From the IMG/VR virus record IMGVR_UViG_3300046694_000296, positions 62,001 through 126,000 of that record: 64,000 nucleotides of DNA; one strand, written 5' to 3'. The notes beneath the pieces are model-generated. The model saw nothing but the letters and a program-made list of their open reading frames with translations. It did no database searches and had not been told where the DNA came from. Below, piece by piece: positions 9,914 to 19,830 of this stretch (within the stretch, counting starts at the first letter, position 1; the number at the start of each line of letters is the position of its first letter). A program made the translations under genes and the position numbers.

Positions 9914-10141
9914 ATGAACGACGAAATGAAGAGCTACCGGATCTACGGTCGCGCCCCGCGCCACGGGAGTTTCAAGGCAATGGACATGCATTCTATGGTC
10001 CAAGTGTCCCGGGTGAGTAAAGCAACTACTTACTGGGATCGGTCAGAAGCGCAGGCAAAGAAGCTGAAGGCAATGGTGACCGAATTGAATGCCGAGAAAA
10101 CCGGCTGGTTTTATGAATTGAGGGAGGTAAAGGATAAATGA
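9914..10141 (+). CDS. Hypothetical protein
   Basis: GGAGAGG RBS, operator-like site upstream. Confidence 0.65.
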   Translation: MNDEMKSYRIYGRAPRHGSFKAMDMHSMVQVSRVSKATTYWDRSEAQAKKLKAMVTELNAEKTGWFYELREVKDK

Positions 10142-10749
10142 ACTGTCCTCATTGTGGTTCCGAAGGGCGAATTCACGTCCAAGTTAGCTTGAGCGCGCCC
10201 TCAAACATGTATCGCCTTTTCTCAAAGCAGAATTTGAGGAGCAAGGAGGTCCACCTGCAGGGTGTTCTGTGGGAAACCACGGACTTTATCTGCGAGAGCA
10301 AAGACTGTGGCCGCGTCACCAACGGATATGGCAACTACGTCTCCAAGCTCAAGGAGAGAGTTGACGAGCTGGAGAAGCAGGACGCGGCGATCCGGCGGGC
10401 GATCCGCAACTATTACCTGTCGCTCGACCTGCGCGCGCACGGCAACGTCGCGAAAAGCATCGCGTTCCTCGCCGTCGAGAAGGCGCTTGGCCTGGAGTGG
10501 AGACAGGGTGAAGAGGCGGGCAAGCGCCTTCTCGACGTCGTTCAGCTAGCACAGCTGCCGGCCGTGCCGCCCATGCTCGAAGGCGAGTGGCTCATCACGC
10601 AGCCGAACGGGCGCCAATACGTCGTGCACAGCAGCGCCAAAGCGAGCATCGCGCGCAAGTGCGGTTACACAGTCGAAGAGATCCAACGCACCGCCGAGAG
10701 TGCACCGGGACAATCGAATCAATGCATTCACACGGGGAACCAAGCATGA
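10138..10749 (+). CDS. Hypothetical protein with N-terminal Zn-ribbon-like Cys pairs
   Basis: CPHC...C....C; ATGA overlaps at both ends. Confidence 0.7.
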   Translation: MNCPHCGSEGRIHVQVSLSAPSNMYRLFSKQNLRSKEVHLQGVLWETTDFICESKDCGRVTNGYGNYVSKLKERVDELEKQDAAIRRAIRNYYLSLDLRAHGNVAKSIAFLAVEKALGLEWRQGEEAGKRLLDVVQLAQLPAVPPMLEGEWLITQPNGRQYVVHSSAKASIARKCGYTVEEIQRTAESAPGQSNQCIHTGNQA

Positions 10750-11312
10750 GCACCATTCCGAATCACAAGCATCACCTCGCGCCGCGCGCGCAGCAGTTCT
10801 ACGTCGATGAAGAGACGATCCTGGCGTCGCAGCCGAGCGGCATGAACCTCTTCCCGCACTACCCGGCGTTCGACGCGGCCACGATTCTTGTTGGCGAGCG
10901 GCACGCGAAGTCCGATCTGATCCACCTCGTGGGCCACTTGCTCGTGAAGCTCCATGAAGCCAAGCAGATACCTGCGGCGTTCGACGCGCTGAAGGCTGCC
11001 CTCAAAGCTGACGCCTCGTATGCGTGGTCCTGGCACTGCAACGTCGCGATGGCGGTGGTCGATGCGGGCACCAACGCCGCAGACAAGCACCGGCTCGGCA
11101 ACGAGGGCGCGGCCATCTTCATGCGCCGCGCCTTCGACGTGGACACCTCGCAGTTCCCGGAATACCGGGCCTTCACCGAAGCATGGGCGCTTATGGCGGC
11201 CAACGTAGACGGGGCGTATGACCCGGCGACACAGCCCGGCTCGCCCGAGTTCGATGGCGCAGAAGCATACGAAGCGCACCTCGCAGCCACCGTGGGAGAG
11301 CAACGTGCCTAA
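10746..11312 (+). CDS. Hypothetical protein
   Basis: 188 aa coupled ORF. Confidence 0.7.
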   Translation: MSTIPNHKHHLAPRAQQFYVDEETILASQPSGMNLFPHYPAFDAATILVGERHAKSDLIHLVGHLLVKLHEAKQIPAAFDALKAALKADASYAWSWHCNVAMAVVDAGTNAADKHRLGNEGAAIFMRRAFDVDTSQFPEYRAFTEAWALMAANVDGAYDPATQPGSPEFDGAEAYEAHLAATVGEQRA

Positions 11313-11544
11313 GGTCCTGACCGAAGCCGAGATCGAGCACCTCAACAAGCTCGCCTATCTGGGCGGGAAGGGTGATCCGCAGCGCGACGTGCGGCGCCTC
11401 CTCATGCACGCAGAGGTGCAGGGCGGGGCGCTCAAAGCGGTGGATGAGTTCTTCACCACGCGGCTGAAGGAGCTCGGCTGTCTGTCGGACGAGGCCGAGC
11501 GTCTGGTCAAGCTGGTGCGGCGCGCACGGGGGATCGAGGCGTGA
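11305..11544 (+). CDS. Hypothetical protein
   Basis: GTG start after GGAGAG, overlaps neighbours. Confidence 0.6.
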   Translation: MPKVLTEAEIEHLNKLAYLGGKGDPQRDVRRLLMHAEVQGGALKAVDEFFTTRLKELGCLSDEAERLVKLVRRARGIEA

Positions 11545-11741
11545 GGATCACGATCACCACAGGCCCAGCCCGCCGCAAGCCACAGGTGGGCGACCGCAAG
11601 CTGATCGGCGGGGTCGTCCACGTTCGCAAGCTGAAACATTGCCGTGATGCCTATGGGCGCGTCATCGGCGTCGATAAAACCAATGGCCGCTACCACTATG
11701 AATGGGTGCCGGTCGTCACAAAGGGGCAAGAGCAATGCTGA
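11541..11741 (+). CDS. Hypothetical protein
   Basis: 66 aa, GTGA overlap. Confidence 0.55.
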   Translation: MRITITTGPARRKPQVGDRKLIGGVVHVRKLKHCRDAYGRVIGVDKTNGRYHYEWVPVVTKGQEQC

Positions 11742-12283
11742 CCTATGAGCAGTTCCTTCTCACGAAGATCGCAGAGGAGGCGAGCGAAGTCGCCAAGATC
11801 GCATTGAAGGCACAGCAGTTCGGGTTGACCGAGGTGCAGCCCGGGCGCGAGCAGAGCAATGCCGAGCGCATGTATGCCGAGCTCAACGACTTGGCGACCG
11901 TGGTGCGCATGCTGACGGAAACGGGCGGCGGTTTCAATTTCGTGCCGTGCGTCGCGTCGATGGAGACGAAGCGCGCGAAGGTGAACGAGTTCCTGCACTA
12001 CTCGCGTCTGCTCGGCCAGGTCGAGGACTCGCCGCCGGTATCGCTCGCGTGGGTTGAAGGCTTGATGGACTCGATGAACATGGAGCTCGCGACCGTATCG
12101 GAGCGCGAAGTCGCGCAGGTGAACGGGCATGAGCTCGTCGCGGAGCTGCGCCACAACGCGAAAGGTCACGGCTACGCGGCTTGGTTCGTGGACGGCAAGG
12201 AGATGCTCTATTACCACGCGGTGGTGACCGTGATGCGCCCGCGCGGCGTGCCGTCGCCCCATACCGAAGTGGTGCCCGCATGA
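11735..12283 (+). CDS. MazG-like domain protein (second copy)
   Basis: LTKIAEEASEVAK...ELNDL pattern in the N-terminal half. Confidence 0.6.
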   Translation: MLTYEQFLLTKIAEEASEVAKIALKAQQFGLTEVQPGREQSNAERMYAELNDLATVVRMLTETGGGFNFVPCVASMETKRAKVNEFLHYSRLLGQVEDSPPVSLAWVEGLMDSMNMELATVSEREVAQVNGHELVAELRHNAKGHGYAAWFVDGKEMLYYHAVVTVMRPRGVPSPHTEVVPA

Positions 12284-12675
12284 ACAAGCGATCCATCCGC
12301 TACCGCGACACATGGGCCGCGCCCGGCAGCCAGCTGCACGCGGCGCTCACCGACGGCAACAAGAAGCTCGCCGAGTCCATCTACACGCAGTGTGAGAAGG
12401 ACCGGGCCAAGCTCGAGGGCCGCGACAAGCCCGCGCTCCAGGTCCGGTTCGGCCAGATCGACCACGATGTGAAGGGTGGTGCGATCCACGACCCGACCGC
12501 CGTGCGCATCATGAACGCGGTCGCGCCGATCCCGGGTGTGAACGTGTTGAACCAGTGCGACGGCTGCGTGAAGGGCGATCCGGTCAACGAGCGCGGCAAC
12601 CACGTCGATCGGCACGGCAAGCCCTACATGGGGTGTCAAGCCGAGAGATACGAGAAGCCGTCATGCGCCTTCTGA
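12280..12675 (+). CDS. Hypothetical protein
   Basis: 131 aa, ATGA overlap. Confidence 0.65.
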   Translation: MNKRSIRYRDTWAAPGSQLHAALTDGNKKLAESIYTQCEKDRAKLEGRDKPALQVRFGQIDHDVKGGAIHDPTAVRIMNAVAPIPGVNVLNQCDGCVKGDPVNERGNHVDRHGKPYMGCQAERYEKPSCAF

Positions 12676-13013
12676 TCTGCGGCGGCCGAGACTTTGATGA
12701 CCGGGCATGGGCGTTCGCCAAGCTCGACCGGTTCGCCAGTGCGAATCCCGTGACCCTAGTTGTCCACGGTGCAGCGCGCGGTGCCGACACTATCGGGGAA
12801 GAATGGGCAGTCGCGCGGGGGATCGATTTTCTGCGGTTCCCTGCCGACTGGTCGCGCTTGCATAACGCCGCTGGGCCGACACGCAATGCGCAGATGCTCC
12901 GCGAGGGCAAACCCGACCATGTGTTCGCGCTGCCGGGAGGCCGGGGCACGATGAACATGGTCATGCAATCAAAGGAGGCGGGCGTGCCGGTCACGTTCGC
13001 CAAAGCACTATGA
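12663..13013 (+). CDS. SLOG-superfamily (YspA/DUF2493-like) protein
   Basis: LICGGRDF, HGAARGAD, AGPTRN..M, GGRGT..M motifs. Confidence 0.85.
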   Translation: MRLLICGGRDFDDRAWAFAKLDRFASANPVTLVVHGAARGADTIGEEWAVARGIDFLRFPADWSRLHNAAGPTRNAQMLREGKPDHVFALPGGRGTMNMVMQSKEAGVPVTFAKAL

Positions 13014-13186
13014 GCCGTAAGCACGAACCAAATTTCGCCATCATCGCGGGCGACCAGCCCACGACCTGCCCGTTCTGCGGCGTGCGCACCGAGTTGCTGG
13101 AAGTCGCGTGCCCGGGCCAAGAGTTTGATCTGGAGCGCTGCCTGAACGATGCGTGCGGGCAGCACATTGAAGTCCATCAGGAATAG
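13010..13186 (+). CDS. Small Zn-ribbon protein (absent from ORF track)
   Basis: MSRKHEPNF...CPFCG...C....C; ATGA overlap; 58 aa. Confidence 0.6.
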   Translation: MSRKHEPNFAIIAGDQPTTCPFCGVRTELLEVACPGQEFDLERCLNDACGQHIEVHQE

Positions 13187-13189
13187 GAC

Positions 13190-13681
13190 ATGGCAAAAGT
13201 AACAGCCCAAGCATTCGTCAGCCGAGAAGGGCACTTGCTTCAGCGGACGGAGTGGACGCGCCTGCGCGCGGACTCGTCCTACTTTCTCGTCAAGGAATTC
13301 GAGAACGACAAGATCGCCGTGTCGGTCGAGTGGCTCGGGTTCGCGCGCAACGCTAACAGCGTGCCGCGTCAGCACTGGAAGCTCTACCGCCTGAACGTGA
13401 CGAACATCGTCACGACCGACGGCTTGGGCGACGCGCTGCCTGTGCCGCGCCGCACGTCCGATCCCCAGCTCACGCGCGAGTTTCGCACCGAGAAGGAAGC
13501 GCTCGACGCCTACGAGGATGCTCTGGTGCGCTTCGGTGGGTGTGAATGGCTGCCCGCGCCGGCCGGCGCGAGCGGGCCGCTCTTCGTCGAGCACGGCAAC
13601 AAGCTGAAGCCGCCGGGCCCGAACGAGGTGGACACGCGCGGGATGGCCGATGACGTGGCTGACCTGGCGGGGAGTTGGTGA
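13190..13681 (+). CDS. Hypothetical protein
   Basis: 163 aa, AGGA RBS. Confidence 0.75.
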   Translation: MAKVTAQAFVSREGHLLQRTEWTRLRADSSYFLVKEFENDKIAVSVEWLGFARNANSVPRQHWKLYRLNVTNIVTTDGLGDALPVPRRTSDPQLTREFRTEKEALDAYEDALVRFGGCEWLPAPAGASGPLFVEHGNKLKPPGPNEVDTRGMADDVADLAGSW

Positions 13682-13929
13682 TGACGGAATGCGATGAAGT
13701 GGCGCAGGGTATGCGCGACGACTTTATCGATTGGGTTCGCTCCGAAGATCGGGAACTGACGCACTATGCCGCGCGCCGGTTCGTGTGCAATCAGATGCCC
13801 GACGAGACGCAGACGATTCGCGAGGACGTCGCCTTGAGCCTCTTTGCCGATGCGCGCGTGCATCTGCATGACCGCACGATGCGGGAGAGGATCGCGGAAA
13901 TGGATAGCCCGATGGCAGGGAGCTGGTGA
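13681..13929 (+). CDS. Hypothetical protein
   Basis: TGATG coupling; ends MAGSW like the upstream gene (LAGSW). Confidence 0.55.
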   Translation: MTECDEVAQGMRDDFIDWVRSEDRELTHYAARRFVCNQMPDETQTIREDVALSLFADARVHLHDRTMRERIAEMDSPMAGSW

Positions 13930-13981
13930 TTAAAGATTCGCCACACCTATGCCGTTAATCATGGGTCAAATCTGAGGGGAA

Positions 13982-14377
13982 GTGATGAAAAAGAATATGT
14001 TCGCAGCGCTCGCCTTTGCTGCGCTGAGTGCGCAAGCGGCGGCCGCGCCGACTTGGGTGTATTGGACCCATGCTGGAGACGCTAACTGGTATCTGGATAG
14101 AACTTCGCTCAAGCCGGCAGGCGGCGGGAAGGTGGCTCTTTGGGCCAAATATGTCAACGACCAGCCTGATCCGAAGATTCAGGGCTTGAAGACCGCTGTG
14201 ATGCACATGAACTCGGAATGCGGCGCACCCAACGTCGGTATCGACAGCACCATCCTTTACGATGCCGTGGGTCAAATTATCGCCACGTCGGAGGTCCAAT
14301 CCTATAAAAGTGCGCCGCCCGGTAGCGTCTACGAGGGGATCATCACGGCAGCGTGCGAGGTCGTCTATAAGCATTAG
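13982..14377 (+). CDS. Secreted protein, surface-adhesin E-like
   Basis: Signal peptide; W....YLDR.S...LW...C...PGS..E....AC pattern; own terminator. Confidence 0.65.
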   Translation: MMKKNMFAALAFAALSAQAAAAPTWVYWTHAGDANWYLDRTSLKPAGGGKVALWAKYVNDQPDPKIQGLKTAVMHMNSECGAPNVGIDSTILYDAVGQIIATSEVQSYKSAPPGSVYEGIITAACEVVYKH

Positions 14378-14411
14378 ACAGATCCGGTTTGTCCACGAGT
14401 GGTTGGGATTC

Positions 14412-14440
14412 GGGGCGCCTTCGGGCGCCTCTTTTTTATT
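14412..14440 (+). terminator. Intrinsic terminator
   Basis: GGGGCGCC-TTCG-GGCGCCTC then TTTTTTATT. Confidence 0.8.
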
Positions 14441-14630
14441 GCGCCGCGCCAGCCTCGGTCAACGCATATCCGCCGCTGTCATTCGCCAGCCAACCCTTCG
14501 AAACGCAGTAGCGCAACGCATTATCTAAGTCCGGAGAGCCTCCGCCTCCTTCGATCCACGGTTTGACGATGTAAACGATATGGGCCACGTCGCCGGTAGC
14601 GAAGCCGCCTTCCTTGATGATCGCCAGCAC
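14436..14630 (-). CDS. Small protein, possible winged-helix fragment
   Basis: 64 aa, ends ALRYCVSKGWL...YALTEAG. Confidence 0.45.
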   Translation of the reverse strand: MLAIIKEGGFATGDVAHIVYIVKPWIEGGGGSPDLDNALRYCVSKGWLANDSGGYALTEAGAAQ

Positions 14631-14917
14631 TAGCCAGTTCGGTCATGTTGAAGTCTCCAAAAGCGCACCACTATACAGCCATCGCGAACGTGACAGACAC
14701 GCGCGTGCGCGCGCACTCGTTATCAGCGATCACACATCCAAAACCCGGGCGCCGGGGCCAAAGACCCGTCTCTAAAGTAACACCTGTCGCAGCGAAACGC
14801 GACGCGACAGGGAAGGGCAAAGCGATCCTCGATCATGCGATACGCGCCTCTCCCCGATGCTCAGAATTGAATTTAGCGCGATACAGCGCAGACCAACTCA
14901 CTCAGGAGAAACACGCA

Positions 14918-15982
14918 ATGTCGAAGAAATCCAACGCCTCGAAGAAGTCCCTCGCCGTGAACGTGATCGGTGCCGAAGCCGCACCGATGGACGCAGACCT
15001 CGCAGCGCTGCTCAACGTCCTCGAAGTCCCGGGCGACACGCCGACGCTCGAAGTCATCGAGCAAGCGAACGCCCCGCTGGTTGAAGCCGCGACCGAGATC
15101 ATCGAGTCCGCAGACGTCGAGACGCTCGAACTGTCCGAGATCGCCACCGCGCTCGATGCGGCGCCGCTGTTGCCCGAGACGCCTGCTGTGATCGAAATCC
15201 CGACCGAAGTCCTCGCGGGCGGTGAGTCCGATGCAGCGCTCGACGCCGCGCTCGCGACCATCGAGGTGCAGGACAGCTACGCGCAAACGAGCGTCGAAGA
15301 GGGCGATCCGACGATTGTGCCGATGAATGACGAAGAAGCCGAGAAAGAGCGTCTGCTCGCCGAAGAAGAGCTGGGTGAAGAAGCAGCCGCAGCGGTCGCC
15401 GCAGCAAACGGTGCGACGCCCGCAGCCGCGCCCGCAAAAGCGCGCACCCCGCGCATCCATTACGCGAACAAGACGGATCGCATCAAAGCGCGCCTGGGGG
15501 CGAATCTCGGGAACTATCTCGTCCTCGAGATCGCAGACGCCGACCTCGAAGGTGACGCCTTGAAAGCGAAGCAGGACGAGACGCTCGCGGTGATCGACGC
15601 CATGAGCGTGAAGGTGAAGAACCGCGCGAGCCTCTTGCTCGACTTCCTCTCGGGCAAGACCGCGAAGCCGAACGAGATACTGAAGCGTGCGCTCGACGTG
15701 CTCGCCGCCGACGGGAAGATCACGACGGGCGACAACGGGAACCTCCATAAGAACCTGATTGCGAAGCCGTATTCCCCGAGCGCTGCGCGCGCGATGGGCC
15801 GCAACACCGTGACGGTCATGGAGAAGACCAAGATGATCGTCGCCGGGGCGAACAAGGGCGAGTTCCTCCCGAACCCGAGCTCCTTGTTCCTCGCGATGGC
15901 GAACGAAATGACGGGCCTGAGCGCAGCAGCCGAAGAGCCCGCAGCCGAAGAGTCGCCGGTCGAAGAACCGAGCGCAGCGTAA
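14918..15982 (+). CDS. Acidic Ala/Glu-rich hypothetical protein with ordered C-terminal domain
   Basis: AGGAG RBS before ATG 14918; strong phage codon bias; terminator follows. Confidence 0.85.
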   Translation: MSKKSNASKKSLAVNVIGAEAAPMDADLAALLNVLEVPGDTPTLEVIEQANAPLVEAATEIIESADVETLELSEIATALDAAPLLPETPAVIEIPTEVLAGGESDAALDAALATIEVQDSYAQTSVEEGDPTIVPMNDEEAEKERLLAEEELGEEAAAAVAAANGATPAAAPAKARTPRIHYANKTDRIKARLGANLGNYLVLEIADADLEGDALKAKQDETLAVIDAMSVKVKNRASLLLDFLSGKTAKPNEILKRALDVLAADGKITTGDNGNLHKNLIAKPYSPSAARAMGRNTVTVMEKTKMIVAGANKGEFLPNPSSLFLAMANEMTGLSAAAEEPAAEESPVEEPSAA

Positions 15983-15987
15983 GACCC

Positions 15988-16015
15988 GAGCGGGCTTCGG
16001 CCCGCTTCTCCTTTT
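15988..16015 (+). terminator. Intrinsic terminator
   Basis: GAGCGGGC-TTCG-GCCCGCTT then CTCCTTTT. Confidence 0.65.
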
Positions 16016-16264
16016 GCCCGCGCTGCCACGGCGCCGGCGGGCCGGGCCCGGGGAGTCGACCCTTGCCCGGGCATCGACCCGACTATCTACCGGTAGGCAG
16101 GGGTGCGGCGCACCGTGCAACTTCTTGCACGTTTCGCGCAACTTTTTACCATCGAGTTTGAAACGCGTCCGTGGCTGATGGCTATACTGGACAGTAACCA
16201 GTAACTTACATGTGCCAAGGTTCGATGCGCAGAATTAGCACATCGCAACCACGGGGAAAATCCC

Positions 16265-16846
16265 ATGAGCCAAGACCGCATTGCCCTCGTCGCCGACATC
16301 ACCGCTCGCCTGGGCGGGACGTTCCGCGACGACACGTTCAAGGAACACAGCGGGCAGTTCAACCGTATCCACATCGAGCTGGCTCAACCGCGCCAGATGG
16401 GTCGCCTCCAGCTCACGTTTGACGCGTGGAAGCACCGGGGGCGAATCATCGTGCGCGGGATGGCGCCGTCCGAGCAGAACTCCAATCACCTCGTCTCGAT
16501 CGTGGATTCCATCACGGTCGCAGAGGACCGCGGTGCCGAGAAGATCGCCGCCGACATCGAGCGCCGCTTGATCCCCGATTATCTCCTCGCGCTCGAACGC
16601 CGCGTCGAGCAGAACCGCAAGGACCGGGAACAGAAGATCGCGAAGGCGCAGCTCCTCGAGGAATTGGCGACCGCCGCCGGCACGTTCGTCGGCACCGGCC
16701 ACATGAGCGACGAGCGTTTCACTCGCTTCTGGAACGAGACGGGTCAATGGGCTGAAGTCCGCGTGTGCTCCGACAGCGTGTCGATCGAGACGCGCGGCGT
16801 TCGCGCCGACAAGGCCAAACGCATTCTCGCGATCCTCGCTGAGTGA
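16265..16846 (+). CDS. Hypothetical protein
   Basis: First gene after TATACT (16183) promoter with operator-like site. Confidence 0.8.
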   Translation: MSQDRIALVADITARLGGTFRDDTFKEHSGQFNRIHIELAQPRQMGRLQLTFDAWKHRGRIIVRGMAPSEQNSNHLVSIVDSITVAEDRGAEKIAADIERRLIPDYLLALERRVEQNRKDREQKIAKAQLLEELATAAGTFVGTGHMSDERFTRFWNETGQWAEVRVCSDSVSIETRGVRADKAKRILAILAE

Positions 16847-16916
16847 CACGCGTCCACCCGGGCGCCAGCGTGTGCCCGGGAAGATAGAACCATCGAAACC
16901 ACACAGAGAAACGACC

Positions 16917-17462
16917 ATGTTTCCGACCGCTCAGAACGAAGTCCCGTATGCCTACGCCTGCGCTCGCGAGTCCACCCCGGGCTATGCGCACATCGAGATC
17001 CAGCTGCGCCGCCTGGTGAAAAGCGCATCCGGTTATCTCTACTCCACCGACCTCGTGATCCGCACGTCCGTCAACGGTGAATGGGACTACAGCTACGCCA
17101 CCAAGTTCGCGATGCGCGAGCCGGGCCCCTACGTCGAGATGGACGAGCTCGAAGCCACCCTCAAGGTGATGACAGGCATCGCACGCAAGCTCAAGAAGAT
17201 GGATCTGGAGCTCGGTTACGTGCCTGACAACAACTTCGCCGAGTTCGCGCGCCGGGTGCTGGTCGCATCGGGCGTGCGCACGGTGTTCGCCGAGCGCACG
17301 TTCAACCAAGGGCCGCGCGACCGCGACGGTCTGATGCTCGCGGACGGGATTTTCGGGCTGCCGCAGCTCGATCCGAAGCAGGGCGCGCACTTCCTCGACC
17401 TGATCGGTGATCTGGTCGCCGACACGCTCAAGAAGCGCGGCAAGCAGAAGGAGACGGCATGA
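16917..17462 (+). CDS. Hypothetical protein
   Basis: 181 aa, A/C-rich leader. Confidence 0.75.
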   Translation: MFPTAQNEVPYAYACARESTPGYAHIEIQLRRLVKSASGYLYSTDLVIRTSVNGEWDYSYATKFAMREPGPYVEMDELEATLKVMTGIARKLKKMDLELGYVPDNNFAEFARRVLVASGVRTVFAERTFNQGPRDRDGLMLADGIFGLPQLDPKQGAHFLDLIGDLVADTLKKRGKQKETA

Positions 17463-17698
17463 GAAAGCTCACCGAGCCGACGCGCGTCGTCGCGCGCAAC
17501 GCATGGGGTGGTGATTCGACCACTTTCCACCAAGAGTTCGAGGTGGAAGCAGAAGACATGGGCAAGACGCGGCCGCACTACCTCGGGCACAACCATCGGA
17601 GCTACGCGTTCGCGCGCGCCGATGTGGGCCGCGTGATCGTAAACATGACGGACGGCAGCGGGTGGTCCTGCTGGTCGTTCAAGTCGGGTGGCACATGA
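17459..17698 (+). CDS. Hypothetical protein
   Basis: ATGA overlap. Confidence 0.65.
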   Translation: MRKLTEPTRVVARNAWGGDSTTFHQEFEVEAEDMGKTRPHYLGHNHRSYAFARADVGRVIVNMTDGSGWSCWSFKSGGT

Positions 17699-17889
17699 GC
17701 ACCTGGCACCAGCAGCAGAACCCCGTGCCCTTGTGGCACGACACGCTGTGGACGCGCGTCGATGACGCGCCCAACCGCCTGACTTCGGTCGAGCGGTTCC
17801 ACACGTCCGACGACGCCTACAAGGCAATGGACAAGCTCGGGGGCTACGTGCTCCCGCCATCGAACAGTCTGAAATCGGAGAAGCAATGA
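17695..17889 (+). CDS. Hypothetical protein
   Basis: ATGA overlap. Confidence 0.6.
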   Translation: MSTWHQQQNPVPLWHDTLWTRVDDAPNRLTSVERFHTSDDAYKAMDKLGGYVLPPSNSLKSEKQ

Positions 17890-18368
17890 CCCGTCCTTAC
17901 AACGTCATCGACATCAACGGCTTCGTCGTGCCCGCCACGTTCCACGATGCGCTCAAGAAGATCCTGCACGACGTGAGCACGGGCCGCATTCACAGCGACG
18001 CGCATCGCAGCTATCGCGTGCGCCGGCCGACGACGCACGGCTTGGCGACGCCTTGCATGTGCGCGATCGGCACGTTCTTCACCGACGAGCAGCTGGATCG
18101 GATCAAAGAGGCGAGAACCAACGGCGTCAGGACATGGACCCTCGCTGACAAATTCGGGCACGAAAACTTCGAAGCCATGACCGGGATGCCGGTCCGCTAT
18201 GCCGCGGTGATCCAAAGCGATTTCGACTACTTCACCAGTTTGGGCTACGGCGCAATTCACCGGTTCGGAGATCGCGTTCGGCTGATGCTGAACCAAGAAC
18301 CGAACAAGTCGAATCCCGCCACCGAGCGCACGGGCAAGTGGCACTTCCCGGTGAGCATGTCGGCATGA
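17886..18368 (+). CDS. Hypothetical protein
   Basis: 160 aa, ATGA overlap. Confidence 0.7.
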   Translation: MTRPYNVIDINGFVVPATFHDALKKILHDVSTGRIHSDAHRSYRVRRPTTHGLATPCMCAIGTFFTDEQLDRIKEARTNGVRTWTLADKFGHENFEAMTGMPVRYAAVIQSDFDYFTSLGYGAIHRFGDRVRLMLNQEPNKSNPATERTGKWHFPVSMSA

Positions 18369-18568
18369 GCGCGCCCGACGAAATCTGGAAGTGTCAGGAC
18401 GGCCGCCTCATCGCGGTCGGCGACATGACCGAGGCCCATGCCAAGAACGCGCTGCGCATGATCCTGCGCAATCGCCGTAAGCGGGCGGCGCTGCAGGTGG
18501 ATCTCAACAAGCTGGAAGACCATTGGGCGGACCTCTATGAAGAGGACCGCAAGTGGGGCAGTGATTGA
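18365..18568 (+). CDS. Hypothetical protein
   Basis: ATGA overlap; W.C.DGR...V.DM...H..N pattern. Confidence 0.65.
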   Translation: MSAPDEIWKCQDGRLIAVGDMTEAHAKNALRMILRNRRKRAALQVDLNKLEDHWADLYEEDRKWGSD

Positions 18569-18635
18569 ATCCAGCCGGGCGCCAATGCCCGGTCGGGAGA
18601 ATTCTCATATCGAAACGCGCAAGGGAGCGCACAGC

Positions 18636-18974
18636 ATGAAATGGTTGATCCTGAAAGAGCCCATCGCCGCCACGCTGAATTGCCCGCCGATCTGCATCGG
18701 GAAGGGCAAGGTCAAGCCTGAGCACCGCAAGGTGATCGACGCAGCGAACGCCGAAGCACGCCCGGTCCTGCTTGAGAACTACACGGTCCTCTGGCCGTAT
18801 GAGTTCCAGCTGCTCGACGCGGACGCCGCGGTCTACTTCGAGGGCAAGTGCGGTGACATCGCCGACGCAGACTCCGACGCTGCGTTCGCGCCGCTCGACT
18901 GGGCCAAGGGTTACGCGGGCTGCACGGAAATGCGCTACCGCAAGGTGGGCGCCGAGAAGTGGGAGACGCTCTGA
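18636..18974 (+). CDS. Hypothetical protein
   Basis: GGGAG RBS; 112 aa. Confidence 0.7.
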   Translation: MKWLILKEPIAATLNCPPICIGKGKVKPEHRKVIDAANAEARPVLLENYTVLWPYEFQLLDADAAVYFEGKCGDIADADSDAAFAPLDWAKGYAGCTEMRYRKVGAEKWETL

Positions 18975-19279
18975 TGGCGACGTGGGATCGCTTCGATATC
19001 TGCGAAGCCTACTCGATCCTCGAGTGCGACTACAACGTGGGCGGCTGGTTGCGGGAGCGCCCGAGCAACCAGCGCCGCCGCGAGTCGTGCGGCGTGCAGC
19101 TTCATCGCATCCAGTTCCGCCCGAGCATGGGCTCGTGCTTCGAGGAAATGACCGAGAACGGGCAGGAAATCTACCTGTCGGCCGTGATGCGCCTCGCGCT
19201 GCCGGTCGATGAAGAGCAACACGCGCGCCTGGTCGAGATGTTCGGCGAGGGATACCGCGACATTGATTGGAGAAGCTGA
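18974..19279 (+). CDS. Hypothetical protein
   Basis: TGATG coupling; FDRFDICEAY-like start. Confidence 0.7.
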   Translation: MATWDRFDICEAYSILECDYNVGGWLRERPSNQRRRESCGVQLHRIQFRPSMGSCFEEMTENGQEIYLSAVMRLALPVDEEQHARLVEMFGEGYRDIDWRS

Positions 19280-19557
19280 TGGTCCTCATCGAAGCGGTGC
19301 GCGACTACCTGAAGTTCGCCGAGGGCGGGACCGACACGGCGGCCCAGACCAAAGCAGCATTCGAGAACCTCAAGCGTCTGCACGCGGATCTCACGTTCGC
19401 AGACGCGGCGCTGCTCGACGCCGCCCGGGATCGCTACGCGCTCGGGAGCAACGACGACGTTGAAATCGACGACGGCGCGGTGACCTCGGTCGGCGACGGC
19501 GGGACGTGGGTGCAGGCGTGGGTCTGGATCGCAAACGAGGAAGAGGAGGGCGGCTGA
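19279..19557 (+). CDS. Hypothetical protein
   Basis: TGATG coupling; DDVEIDD...WVQAWVW. Confidence 0.7.
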   Translation: MVLIEAVRDYLKFAEGGTDTAAQTKAAFENLKRLHADLTFADAALLDAARDRYALGSNDDVEIDDGAVTSVGDGGTWVQAWVWIANEEEEGG

Positions 19558-19790
19558 TGCGCATCATCCACTTCAACCATTCGCGCCCGTTGCCGTTCGC
19601 CATCGCGCTGAGCGGCACGACCATCGACGACTTCGGCAACACGGTCCACCTCGAATCGGACGAGCAGTGGTTCGCCGCTGTGCGCTTCGTGGACGACAAC
19701 TACTTTGACGACTCGCTCGGATTTGACGGGCGGGGATGGAGCGCTCGATGCGCAGACGCGCACACGCCAGCAGACGATCGCGACAATTGA
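19557..19790 (+). CDS. Hypothetical protein
   Basis: TGATG coupling. Confidence 0.6.
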   Translation: MRIIHFNHSRPLPFAIALSGTTIDDFGNTVHLESDEQWFAAVRFVDDNYFDDSLGFDGRGWSARCADAHTPADDRDN

Positions 19791-19830
19791 ATCTGTCGCG
19801 TAAGTCACGCGTAACTTAGGAAAAAACACC

